From Octopus bimaculoides (taxonomy: Eukaryota): DNA of 58,378 nucleotides. The stretch lies in the NCBI RefSeq assembly GCF_001194135.2, contig NC_068988.1:65110111-65168488 (forward strand), written 5' to 3'. Below the pieces are notes generated by a model, which was not told where the DNA came from, searched no databases, and worked only from the letters and a program-made list of their open reading frames with translations. Below, one piece after another: positions 47,337 to 58,378 of this stretch (its first letter is position 1; every line of letters starts with the position of its first letter). Made by a program: the position numbers and the translations under genes.

Positions 47337-48600
47337 ATCATCAACATCATTGTTTAACGTCCACTTTCCATGCTAGCATGGGTTGGATGATTTGATTGAG
47401 GATTGGCGAACCAGATGGCTGCACCAGGCTCCAATCTGATCTGGCAGAGTTTCTACAGCTGGATACCCTTCTTAACGCCAACCACTCTAAGAGTGTAGTG
47501 GGTGCTTTTACGTGCCACCGGCACAAGAGCCAGTCTGGTGGTACTGGCAACGACCACGCTCAAATGGTATTTTTTACATGCCACCTGCACAGGAGTCAGT
47601 CCAGCGGCACTGGCAACGACCTTGCTCGAATGTTTTGTTCACGTTCCACTGGCACAAATGCCAGTAACCCAATGCTGGTAACGATCACGCTCAAATGGTG
47701 CTTTTTACGTGCCACCAGCATGGAAGCCAGACAGCAACTCTGGCAGTGATCCCGCCTGGATGGTGCTGTTAGCACTCCACTGGCACAGGTGCCAGTCATC
47801 GAATTTGGTTCACTTTCGATTTCACTTGCCCCAACAGGTCTTTGCAAGCAGAGTTTAGTGTCCAATGAAGGAAGGTCGGCATGGGTGCCAGTCATCAAAT
47901 TTGGTTCAATTTCGATTTCGATTTCACTTGCCTCAACAGGTCTTCGCAAGCAGAATTTTGTGTCCAAAGAAGGAAAGCTACGCATAAGTGGGCTGGCTAC
48001 ACCCCTGGTAAAGGCCACGGGTTATGGTCTCACTTGTCTTGCCTGGTCTTCTCATGCACAGCATATTTCCAAAGGTCTTGGTCACTAGTCATTGCCTTGG
48101 TGAGGCCTAATGTTCGAAGGTCGTGCTTCACCAACTCATCCCAGGTCTTCCTGGGTCTACCTCTTCCACAGGTTCCCTCAACCGCTAGGGTGTGGCACTT
48201 TTTCACTCAGCTATCCTCATCCATTCTCGCCACGTGACCATACCAGCGCAATTTCTGTCTTGCACACCACAACTGATGCTTCTTAGGTCCAACTTTTCTC
48301 TCAAGGTACTTACATTCTGTCATGTATGCACACTGACATTACACATCCATTGGAGCATACTGGCTTCATTTATTGTGAGCTTACGCATGTCCTCAGCAGT
48401 CACGGCCCATGCTTCACTGCCATGTAGCATGGCTGTTCGTACACATGCGTCATACAGTCTGCCTTTTACTCTGAGTGAGAGGCCCTTTGTCACCAGTAGA
48501 GGTAAGAGCTCTCTGAACTTTTCCCCCTCCCCTAGCAGCTACACTTTCAGCACACCCTCCTCTGCTACTGACTTGGTCACCTAGGTTACAGAAGCTATCA
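47337..48600 (-). mobile_element. 5'-truncated RTE family A LINE with long 3' UTR
   Basis: ADSFCNLGDQVSSRGGCAESVAAR...YDACVRTAMLHGSEAW...GRGRPRKTWDEL, then about 750-nt UTR and (CAT)n. Confidence 0.9.
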
Positions 48601-48612
48601 GCTAATATACAC

Positions 48613-48711
<99 letters not shown>

Positions 48712-48869
48712 CGTCACTAAGTGTGATTAAGGGTGTCAAAGGACCTACATTGCTAGAAATAAGAGTCAAAATACACTTAATGTCGTAAGAAGGGTGCAAA
48801 TATATGCTATGAAATGACATTGTTCTGCAGCCAGACTACATGACTTGCTAGTTTCAATTCGCGTTCCAT

Positions 48870-49730
48870 GGTAATTTCATTAAATGGTCATGCTGGCACT
48901 CCTAAGAATGTTTTCATTTATGTGCTCTTGCCAGTACATTCTTGGAATCTTTCTTAAGCATCTTTGGTGAAACACATCTAACTTTCTGTCAATTTTGATA
49001 ATGCTCTTCCATGTTTCCCTAGCATAGAAAATTGCTCATAGAACTATGTTATTACAGAGCCAAATCTTGTGTGTAAGCTGATGGTGTTGGAAGACCAGAT
49101 AGTATACATTCTCTTGAATACACCTACAGCTTTACCAATTTTATGGTTGGCGTCTGTTTCAGTATTGGCATCTCTTGTATCACTTATGAATGTTTTGTAC
49201 CATGTAGGTTTTGGCTTTTCAATCTTTCTTCACCCTCCAAGGGTGTCCATTTGGAAATTGTTATAGAATGACATTCTGATAACTAGACTGTGTGACCTAC
49301 TAATTTTAATCTTCATTCTGTAATGGTTTCACTAAGTGGTTTTGTGTTAGCTCTCCTTTGAATGCTTTCATTTATTACATGGTCTTGCCAGTATGTTCTC
49401 AGAATCTTTTTTATGCATCTTTGGTAAAACACATCTAGCATTCTGTTAGTTTTCATGGTGCCTCTCTTGGGATTTTGCTGATTGATCTTCTGATAGTTGT
49501 TCTTCGAAGTCGTCATTTGTAATGTTCACTGTTTTGGTCTTCTTCACACTGATTGTCACAACAATCTTTCCCGATTTCTGATCTAGTTCTGATATGAACC
49601 TAGGGATGTTTCATTATCTTTGATAAGCAGACAATATCATCAGCAAAGTCCAAATCTTTCAGCCTTGTCTGTTGTTTCCATTCTATTCCTCTATCAGGTA
49701 CATTGTTTCCTTTCGGATAAACTCTACTGC
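48870..49730 (-). mobile_element. Old RTE-type LINE remnants (third family) with internal re-start
   Basis: GIEWKQQTRLKDLDFADDIVCLS, LDVFYQRCIKKILRTYWQDHVINE and KIGKAVGVFKRMYTIWSSNTISLHT. Confidence 0.8.
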
Positions 49731-50267
49731 ATACATTTATGTATGTATCAGGGGGCGAAGGGTCTATGTATGTAATGCATGCACTGCATGCATTACTATT
49801 TTTCCACAAAAAATAAATTTTGTGTAATATAGAATTGATTATTGATAATTTTCACTCGATTCATTGTAGTCATATTTACTTTTATTTCACATTCCTTCAT
49901 TTCTTAGAATAAAGTGGTCAAGAGAAAGAAAGGCAAAGAAATGCAAACTTTGTCCTGCTTGCTTTCAGTCATCGTAAGAGTAATCATGTTATTTTGTTTG
50001 TATTCTATTGTTTTTGAGAAGGGAGCATAAAAAAAGTGGGATAAAACAAAATATGAGAGACTAAGAAAGAGAAAAACAGAGAAAGCAGATATTTTACTGC
50101 TTGCTATTCAGCGATGTTAAGCCAGCAGACATGTTGTCAACTTTTTTTCCTCTTGAAGTGAGTGACACTCCTGAGGCTTTCCCCATTGTCAGACAGATTT
50201 AGACGAGAAATGCATATTTAGTTAATTTACAAGTTTGTTTTATTGCTTTCTGATATATTTCATATGA

Positions 50268-50662
50268 TTGTTGTTGTTGTTGTTGGCACTCCGTCGCTTA
50301 CGACGTCGAGGGTTCCAGTTGATCCGATCAACGGAACAGCCTGCTCATGAAATTAACGTGCAAGTGGCTGAGCATTCCACAGACACGTGTACCCTTAACG
50401 TAGTTCTTGGGGATATTCAGCATGACACAGTGTGACAAGGCTGACCCTTTGAATTACAGGCACAACAGAAACAGGAAGTAAGAGTGAGAGAAAGTTGTGG
50501 TGAAAGAGTACAGCAGGGTTCGCCACCATCCCCTGCCGGAGCCTCGTGGAGTTTTAGGTGTTTTCGCTCAATAAACACTCACAATACCCGGTCTGGGAAT
50601 CAAAACCGCGATCCTATGACTGCAAGTCTGCTGCCCTAACTACTGGGAAATTGCGCCTCCAC
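50268..50662 (-). mobile_element. SINE family B, full length, 11-bp TSD
   Basis: TTCATATGATT at 50259-50269 and 50663-50673. (TTG)n tail. Confidence 0.93.
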
Positions 50663-50694
50663 TTCATATGATTATTCAGTACCGAAAGGAGGAA

Positions 50695-50940
50695 TTTTAT
50701 CTTTTATCTTCTACTTGTTTCAATCAGTAGATTGTGGCCATGTTGAGGCACCACCTTCGATAATTTTTAATCTAATGAATCTCCCCCAGTACTATTTTTA
50801 AAGATTGGTGCTTATTCTTTTGGTCTCTTATGCTGAATTGCTAAGTTACAGGAATGTAAACACACCAATGGTGGTTGTCAAGCATTGGTGAAGGACAAAC
50901 ACAGACACAACGACACATGCACAAACACACACATGCACAT
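50695..50940 (-). mobile_element. Older SINE family D 3' half
   Basis: GGCCATGTTGAGGCACC...GCTAAGTTACAGGAATGTAAAC...GACAAACACAGACAC. Confidence 0.65.
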
Positions 50941-52708
50941 ATATATATATATATATATATATANNNNNNNNNNNNNNNNNNNNNNNNNNNNNNNNNNNNN
51001 NNNNNNNNNNNNNNNNNNNNNNNNNNNNNNNNNNNNNNNNNNNNNNNNNNNNNNNNNNNNNNNNNNNNNNNNNNNNNNNNNNNNNNNNNNNNNNNNNNNN
51101 NNNNNNNNNNNNNNNNNNNNNNNNNNNNNNNNNNNNNNNNNNNNNNNNNNNNNNNNNNNNNNNNNNNNNNNNNNNNNNNNNNNNNNNNNNNNNNNNNNNN
51201 NNNNNNNNNNNNNNNNNNNNNNNNNNNNNNNNNNNNNNNNNNNNNNNNNNNNNNNNNNNNNNNNTCATTCATTTGTTCATGTCAATACTTTAAAATTTAA
51301 TTTTAAATATTCAAAGTTATTTAAGAAAGGTTACATAAAAATGTAAACTAGCACCTAAATTATCTATGATGATAAAGCTTTGACTCATTTAAAAAGATTA
51401 TAATCAAGTAGAATTTCTTATGCTTTCAATCACCCCAAGGATGGCAAAAGGGTCAATCAGTTCAGTTTTCTCTCTACTTTCCCCAACTTTGAAACAGATA
51501 AGAAGAATATCACCATTCTCAGAAAAGAGAAACCAAAGCTTAAGCTAAAAAATCAAAGCCAAAGTGGGCAGCAAGGAATGTCATCATTATTTTGATTGCA
51601 AGTATTATGAATAGTCTGAGTGAATAACTAATTTTTCTGCTTCCCTGTGTCTGTTAGTTTGTCACTATAAGAACACATTTTCTCAGCTTTGAAGTGATAT
51701 TGAAAATGAATATCAAGTTCAAGTGATATTCAAAAGGAAATCATTTAATTGTATAACTGTTACAAGTGAAGGAGTAATTAAATCAATGATTGCAAAAAAC
51801 AGCATTTGTTGCTGTTATGTTTGGTGAGACTACAAACCTTCAAATGAAATCTTAACTGTCACACTCGGAAATCCCCCACCCCAACCTCAGTGAGCAGGGT
51901 TCGGTGGACTGCGTGCCCTAGCTTCCTAGTCACCCTTCACCACTGATACATATATATATATATGTATATGTAATGGATCATGCAGGCATGGTGTGGATTC
52001 AATCCTCAATCATCAAATTTCACTTAACAGTCAACAGCACTTTTCTCACGGTAAAACAATAGTTTTTCTGTGAGTGACAGCAGTTACATTTGCCAGATAC
52101 CTCCACTAAGCAGAATAATGTATTTGCCACTTGACCCCTGCTAACTTTTTGTATGTAGTGGAGAGTTAAATTGACAGAACAATAGACATCCCAAAATACC
52201 CATTGTTCGGATAACGGTATGTCTCTCTTTCTCATGATCTTGCAATAATTATATATACAGAAGATTCCCAAGCAAAAGTTAGTTAATGAGAACTGATTTG
52301 GCAAAAAGGAGATGATGTAGAGACGACCACAGGCAAAATCCAGTTAGTGAGATGATTCAACTGAGAGAAGGCTTACTAGTGAGAATGTCAACTATGACAC
52401 AATGTCTTATCAACAACACCACTGCTGTTTAAATGTCAGGTACCATGAAGGTATCATTTTATCGACTTTAACATTCACTCTATTTTCCTCTAATTCCTAG
52501 TTGGGCAGCTAGCAGTTGACCAAGCATAACCAGCAACAACATATAAGAAAAGATAACTCTATTGTTTTTATATGATACACACACTTGTCTGTTGAAGCAA
52601 AACATTATACAAAGTAACGGTAAATAAATATTTCCTTAAAACTTCGATCACTGTTCTTCTTCCATCTTGCATACTGGCAACCAACACCTTAATAACAAAC
52701 AACAACTG

Positions 52709-52747
<39 letters not shown>

Positions 52748-52749
<2 letters not shown>

Positions 52750-53900
52750 GCAATAACAGAGGAATTCAAGACAGGATGCCCCGGGAGCTTCTCTATACTG
52801 ATGACCTAGCTATAACAGCTGAGTCACTATCAGAACTAGAGGAGAAGTTTCAGGTGTGGAAGCAAAGTCTAGAATTGAAAGGCCTTTGAGTCAATTTAAC
52901 AAAAAACCAAAGTCTTACTAATCACAAATCCCTTCAGGTAGATGGCCCTGCTCGATTTATAGAAAAGGTGTAGGTAGAAACTCCATAAGATATACCAGGT
53001 GTAAGCTATGGACACATAAGGAAGGCTAACTGAGAAGACAGTTTTTGTATGTGGCAAATTCTCAGGGGCAATAAACACTGAAAATGTGCAGAAAACAGCT
53101 TCCATCACATGCCAGGGGGAAAAACCAGAAGTAGTTGATAGCTTCTGTTATTTAGGCGAACAAGTCAGTAGTTAGGGTGGATGCTCTGAGAATGTAACTA
53201 CTAGAATAAGAATAGCCTGGGTAAAGTTCAGAGAGCTCCTACCTCTGCTGGTGACAAAGGGCCTCTCGCTCAGAGTAAAAGGTAGACTGTATGACGCATG
53301 TATGCGAACAGCCATGCTACATGGCAGTGAAACATGAACCATGACTGCTGAGGACATGCATAAGCTTGCAAGAAATGAAGCTAGTATGCTCTGCTGGATG
53401 TGTAATGTCAATGTGCCTATATGACAGAGTGTAAGTGCCCTGAGAGAAAAGCTGGACATAAGAAGCATTAGGTGTGGTGTGCAAGAGAGACGACTGCACT
53501 GTTATGGTCAAGTGTTGTGTAGGGATAAGGACAGCTGTGTGAAAAAGTGTCACACTCTAGCAGTAGAGGGAACCTGTGGAAGAGGTAGATCCAGGAAGAC
53601 CTAGGATGAGGTGGTGAAGTACGATCTTCAAACGTTGGGCCTCACTGAGGCAACAACAAGTGACTGAGACCTTTGGGGAAATGCTGTGCTTGGAAAGACC
53701 CAGCAAGCTAAGTGAGACCGTAACTGTGGCCTATGCCAGTGCAGCATAACCGGCCCATTTAAGAGTACCTTTCAATCATTGGGAAATAATCTGTGATTGC
53801 AAAGACTTGTTGAGTCAAGTGAAGTCATTGTCATGGCTGATGCCAGTACCGCCTGACTGACATCCATGATGATGGCTCATAATAAGCACCATTCAAATAC
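52748..53900 (+). mobile_element. RTE family A LINE remnant from RT domain to 3' UTR (stops, frameshifts)
   Basis: QAITEEFKTGCP/ELLYTDDLAITAESLSELEEKFQVWK, DSFCYLGEQVSS, RIRIAWVKFRELLPLLVTKGLSLRVKGRLYDACMRTAMLHGSET, KTQQAK*. Confidence 0.92.
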
Positions 53901-53959
53901 TCCCAATGCTTATTCTCTCTGTCCAGTCAGATTAACTGACCATAAAACCTGTCACTACC

Positions 53960-54419
53960 ATTCTCCACCTGAATTACTTCTCTCTCCCCTTTCTTTCCTG
54001 TCTTAAGACTTGACCTATTTACCCTACACACATCTCTCACTTGATTTTGGATATCCTTTAAGCAAACCACACGCAGTACCCTCCGGACTCGATATGACAT
54101 ACATCCACCTTTGCTATATCCGCCTTTGCTACAACAATTATCTCCGGAAAATACCCACAAGGATTATTTGCATGGATACGTACTACTTGAATGAAGCTAC
54201 ACTCAAAGTACTGTTTTTTCTTTCTTTTTCAGCGCATCACACTCACTCTCACTTCCTACTATAAATCTCCGCTTATAAATATAATAATCGATTCCTCTAC
54301 TATTTCTGTCTCCGATGAAGGGATGCATTGGATTTTCCCTGAAACAGCTGTAAGACTCTATCCATAAAATATACTTCTAACTTTGCCATTGTTCTCGTTA
54401 TCCTTTTCTCTATTTATGC
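53960..54419 (+). mobile_element. Penelope-like element 3' end / pseudo-LTR remnant
   Basis: Frameshifted FWISF..HAVPSGLDM resembles the W-I..L...P.GLN end of the PLE GIY-YIG domain. A hammerhead follows about 220 nt later. Confidence 0.6.
54308..54356 (+). ncRNA. Minimal type I hammerhead ribozyme (U4C core variant)
   Basis: gtct-CCGATGA-aggga-(tgcattggattt)-tccct-GAAA-cagctg-TA-agac. Stems I and II pair fully, stem III is palindromic, and the cleavage triplet is GUA. Confidence 0.8.
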
Positions 54420-54588
54420 NNNNNNNNNNNNNNNNNNNNNNNNNNNNNNNNNNNNNNNNNNNNNNNNNNNNNNNNNNNNNNNNNNNNNNNNNNNNNNNNN
54501 NNNNNNNNNNNNNNNTATAATCCCCAATCCTGTTTATACAACGAATGGGGCATATCTTTGGGTTTGGTTAAATCCAATACCCTTCTTA

Positions 54589-54660
<72 letters not shown>

Positions 54661-54689
54661 CACACACACATACACACACATACATATAT

Positions 54690-55060
54690 AGTTTTTTGCT
54701 TCATTCAACTATGGCCATGCTGAGGCACCACCTTGAGTTGACTCAAGCCCTTTCTTTTTTAATAAAACTTGTTACTTATTCTAGTAGTCTCTTTCGCCAA
54801 ATTGATAAGTTACAGGGATATAAGCAAAACAATACTAGTTGTTAAGTGGTGCCAGTTGGAGGCACCCAAACACAAACACACACACATGCACACATGACGG
54901 GCTTCTTTCAGTTTCCATCTACCAAATCCTGTGACAAGGCTTTCATCAGCCCATGGCTATAGTTGAAGACACCTGCCTAAGGTACCATGCAATGAGACTA
55001 AGCCTGGAACCATGTGGTTGGAAATCGAACTTCATACCACACAGCCATACCTGCACCTAT
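54690..55060 (-). mobile_element. Older SINE family D
   Basis: GGGCTTCTTTCAGTTTCCATCTACCAAATCC...CCACACAGCCATACCTGCACC. Confidence 0.75.
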
Positions 55061-55159
55061 ATATGTATGTATGCATGTATGTTTGTATGTATGTATGTAT
55101 GTATGTAGGTATATATGTATGTATGTATGCATGTATGTACGTATGTATGTATGCATATA

Positions 55160-55375
55160 TGAGGGTGTGCTGAAAAGTTCCTGGCTCTAAGGATATTGCA
55201 AAAGGCCTGGTTGGAGGGCCAACCTTCCAAATTCTTTTACAGGGCTTAGAAAAACTGAAGGGCCACTACAATAAGTATGTGAATCTGAGAGGGGAATATG
55301 TTGAATAAAATCATAATTAACTGATCCTCCTGTATTTTCTTTTACCCAAAGCCAGGAACCAATCAGCACCTCCTG
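55160..55375 (+). mobile_element. Non-autonomous mariner derivative (MITE)
   Basis: TA-TGAGGGTGTGCTGAAAAGTTCCTGGCT...AGCCAGGAACCAATCAGCACCTCCT imperfect TIRs. Internal NKYVNLRGEYVE* matches a mariner transposase C-terminus. Confidence 0.75.
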
Positions 55376-55376
55376 A

Positions 55377-55470
<94 letters not shown>

Positions 55471-56877
55471 TGTGTGTCTGTGTGTGTGTTTATATATATA
55501 TTTGGTGGTGGCTGTTGTGGTTTTGGTGATAGTTGTGATGATGGTATGGTGGTTAGTGAAGCATTTTACACATTAGTGTCAGCAGAAGTAAAACCAACAA
55601 CAGCATATCATAAACCTCTCTTAAAGCTAAATTACTCAAAGGAATTTCCATTCAAAGACTGCCTAACATTACTTTTCAAGACTTTACCAAAGTCCTTCAA
55701 GCAAGATTGAGAGATACAAGAAATAACTAAAAGATTTACTAGATTTAGTTTCAAAGAAAAGTTTATAAGCTTAGTTAACAGCCCAAGGTTCTGCTTCAAC
55801 ATCCTGGTTAGTTTTACGCCTTACGTGAGGCATCATGGTAACCAGAGCTGCTAACTAGATTGTTACAAGCCTGCAAGGGAATCTGTGTGTGGTTTTTTTT
55901 GATGTGTCTACTAGAAATAACAGTCAATTCTCCCTCAAATCACACCTTGGTTTCTTTAGCAAAGGAAGCTCGTGTTGGAAGATACGTTATGCCAGGAGAG
56001 AAAAAAAGAACAGGATCATCACAGCTGGACTGATAAAAAGTTGACATTTTTTTGTGGATTGGCACATCGGCACATTGTCATTGACTGACAGCTTATGTGA
56101 AGTAGTTATACTCAGTTACAGTTGTCTGGGGCTGGACAACAACAACTAAAGCATTAATATCAAGACTGTAATTCACCATTAGTCTGTCATTAGAGGATAG
56201 AGAAAGAAAGAAAGAAAGAGAAAGAGAGAGTAAACATCAACAGCTGTATTATTACAGCTGATATCTTAGTCTTTTTACAGCTCAACAATTGTGCTGATAT
56301 CAAAAAGTGTGTATGTGTGGCTGTGAGCATGAATTGGGTGCCTAAACATATTTCAACAGAAACCAGTATATGTAAGCGATACATTATACATACTCCCACA
56401 TATATGCATGTGCCTGCATACACTCAGATATGTATTTCCTCATTGACACCCATATACATTTACATATACATATGAACCCAAAATGACTAGTACTGTGTAA
56501 GCTTAAACAAAAGAACCTTATCAATTTGTTAGCAACCAGCTAGAGGAAGATATGAAGTGAATGTTAAGAAGACATAGATATACACGCATGCTAGACTTTC
56601 AAGACTCAAAGCTTTACATATTGGAGACTGATGCTAAAAACTAAAATATACTATCTGCATTCCGTCTACATTCTCTTCTCTTTATCAATATCTCTTTTTC
56701 TCCATTTTTTTTTTTTTTGACTTTCTAGTATTTAATTTTTCTTCTTCTTCCTTTAAATACAATAGCTATTGTCTCATATGTCTTTGTTGAACAATATTAG
56801 ACATTCCAAGATGCATTTCTGTTTTTTTTTAAATACTTTTTCTTTCTTTTAGAAAAATGAATAAAACAACAACAAAA

Positions 56878-56924
56878 TAATAATGATGATGATGATGATG
56901 ATGATGGTGGTAGTGGTGGTGGTG

Positions 56925-56972
<48 letters not shown>

Positions 56973-56975
56973 ATA
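56878..56975. repeat. Compound trinucleotide microsatellite (AAT)(GAT)(GGT)(AGT)
   Basis: Direct inspection. Confidence 0.95.
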
Positions 56976-58270
56976 ATTAATGGTTATCGAAATGAAAATA
57001 GTTACGATGAGGGTGCATTTCTCTCCTTTCCTCAACCCATATCCCTCTCTCCTCTCTCTCTCCCCCCCCTCTCTCTCTCTCTGTCTCTCTTTCTCTCTCT
57101 CTTTCTCTCTCTCTCACTCCTCCTTCTCTCTGTCTATCTCTCTCTCCCTCTCTTTAACTAATCAGCACAAAGGAAATATACCTTTCCTTGTGAGTGTGCA
57201 TGAATGTGTATTTGTGTTACANNNNNNNNNNNNNNNNNNNNNNNNNNNNNNNNNNNNNNNNNNNNNNNNNNNNNNNNNNNNNNNNNNNNNNNNNNNNNNN
57301 NNNNNNNNNNNNNNNNNNNNNNNNNNNNNNNNNNNNNNNNNNNNNNNNNNNNNNNNNNNNNNNNNNNNNNNNNNNNNNNNNNNNNNNNNNNNNNNNNNNN
57401 NNNNNNNNNNNNNNNNNNNNNNNNNNNNNNNNNNNNNNNNNNNNNNNNNNNNNATATATATATAAATAGACACACACACACACTCATATATATGCGTGCG
57501 TGTGTGTGTGAATGTATAAATATGTGTATATATATGTATATATACACACATATATATACAAATATAGATAGATAGATAGATAGATAGATAAAAGATAGAT
57601 ATAAAATCAAAGAGTGTGATATTTCATTGTTAACTTCTTCCCGAGGAAATAGATTTGACGATAAGCAAAAATATTAACAAAAGAATTAATGATTAATCTT
57701 ACATTGTTAGATTAAGCTGGATATAAAGTAAATTTACTCAAACAATACCTATTACAGAATATTTATAGTCAATTTAAAATGGCATTATCTTTTTTTTTTT
57801 TTTCGCATTTTGTTGATTTTGAATTTGTATTTGTTGTTGTTGCTGTTGCTGTTGTCTCTGATTAATTTTTCAAGTCATATTATTTCCGCAAAAAGGTGAT
57901 GTAGAATAGACTTCAATAAAAAAAATCTCAGAGAACCTTTCACATTGCTATAGATGTAAATGTGGAAAACTGAAGGGTCTTTTCCCAAATAGAGGTAAAT
58001 AAAGTTCTTTCTGATCTTTGGCTCTCTTCTAGAAAAATATGTCAATATATATGTGTGTGTATGCATGTGTGTGTGCGTGCACTTGCATGTGTGCATGTAT
58101 GTGTGTGTGTGTGTATATAAACATGCATGTTATTCTATCTGATAGGGTTAGAAAACTTTTCCAAAGTAAGTTTAAATTAAAGAAATTCTTCTCCTTCAGA
58201 ATTTTTTTCTAAATCATTTTATGATAAATATAACACACAATAGTCTATTTTGTGCATGAGAATGTGTAAA

Positions 58271-58314
<44 letters not shown>

Positions 58315-58378
58315 AGCATGTGTGTATCTATCTATCCATCTATCTATCTATCTATATATATATATATATATATATATA

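Noticed and set aside
1214-57610. Dozens of ORF-track entries rich in X, YI, HT, CV or poly-N/I/Y/V
   Set aside because: They are read-through of N gaps and of di- or trinucleotide microsatellites, not proteins.

Overview
AT-rich, gap-riddled animal DNA that is almost entirely interspersed repeats and microsatellites. The tRNA-headed SINE families, RTE LINE remnants and dense (TA)n/(CA)n/(AAT)n/(GAT)n tracts fit an octopus-type cephalopod genome (inference, not verified). No complete protein-coding gene or intact autonomous element is visible, and most ORF-track entries are microsatellite or N-gap artefacts. Recognisable content: a decayed Tc1 transposon with a templated filler insertion; many 5'-truncated RTE-clade LINE copies from at least three families; several SINE families with shuffled modules; piggyBac- and mariner-type MITEs; and R4/Dong-type restriction-like-endonuclease (RLE) LINE 3' ends, two of them in (TAA)n tracts. 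Best hunt result: minimal type I hammerhead ribozyme motifs from three sequence-distinct Penelope-like remnants. One is structurally complete (54308-54356), one is reconstructable from two decayed inverted copies (22493-22553 / 22977-23037), and one is split across opposite strands (20288-20338). A CpG-rich patch at about 40.8-41.5 kb plus a spliceable ATG-containing exon at 39564-39711 suggests that much of the window is intronic to an unidentified minus-strand host gene (low to moderate confidence). Nothing here proves a new biological system. All analysis was by eye.
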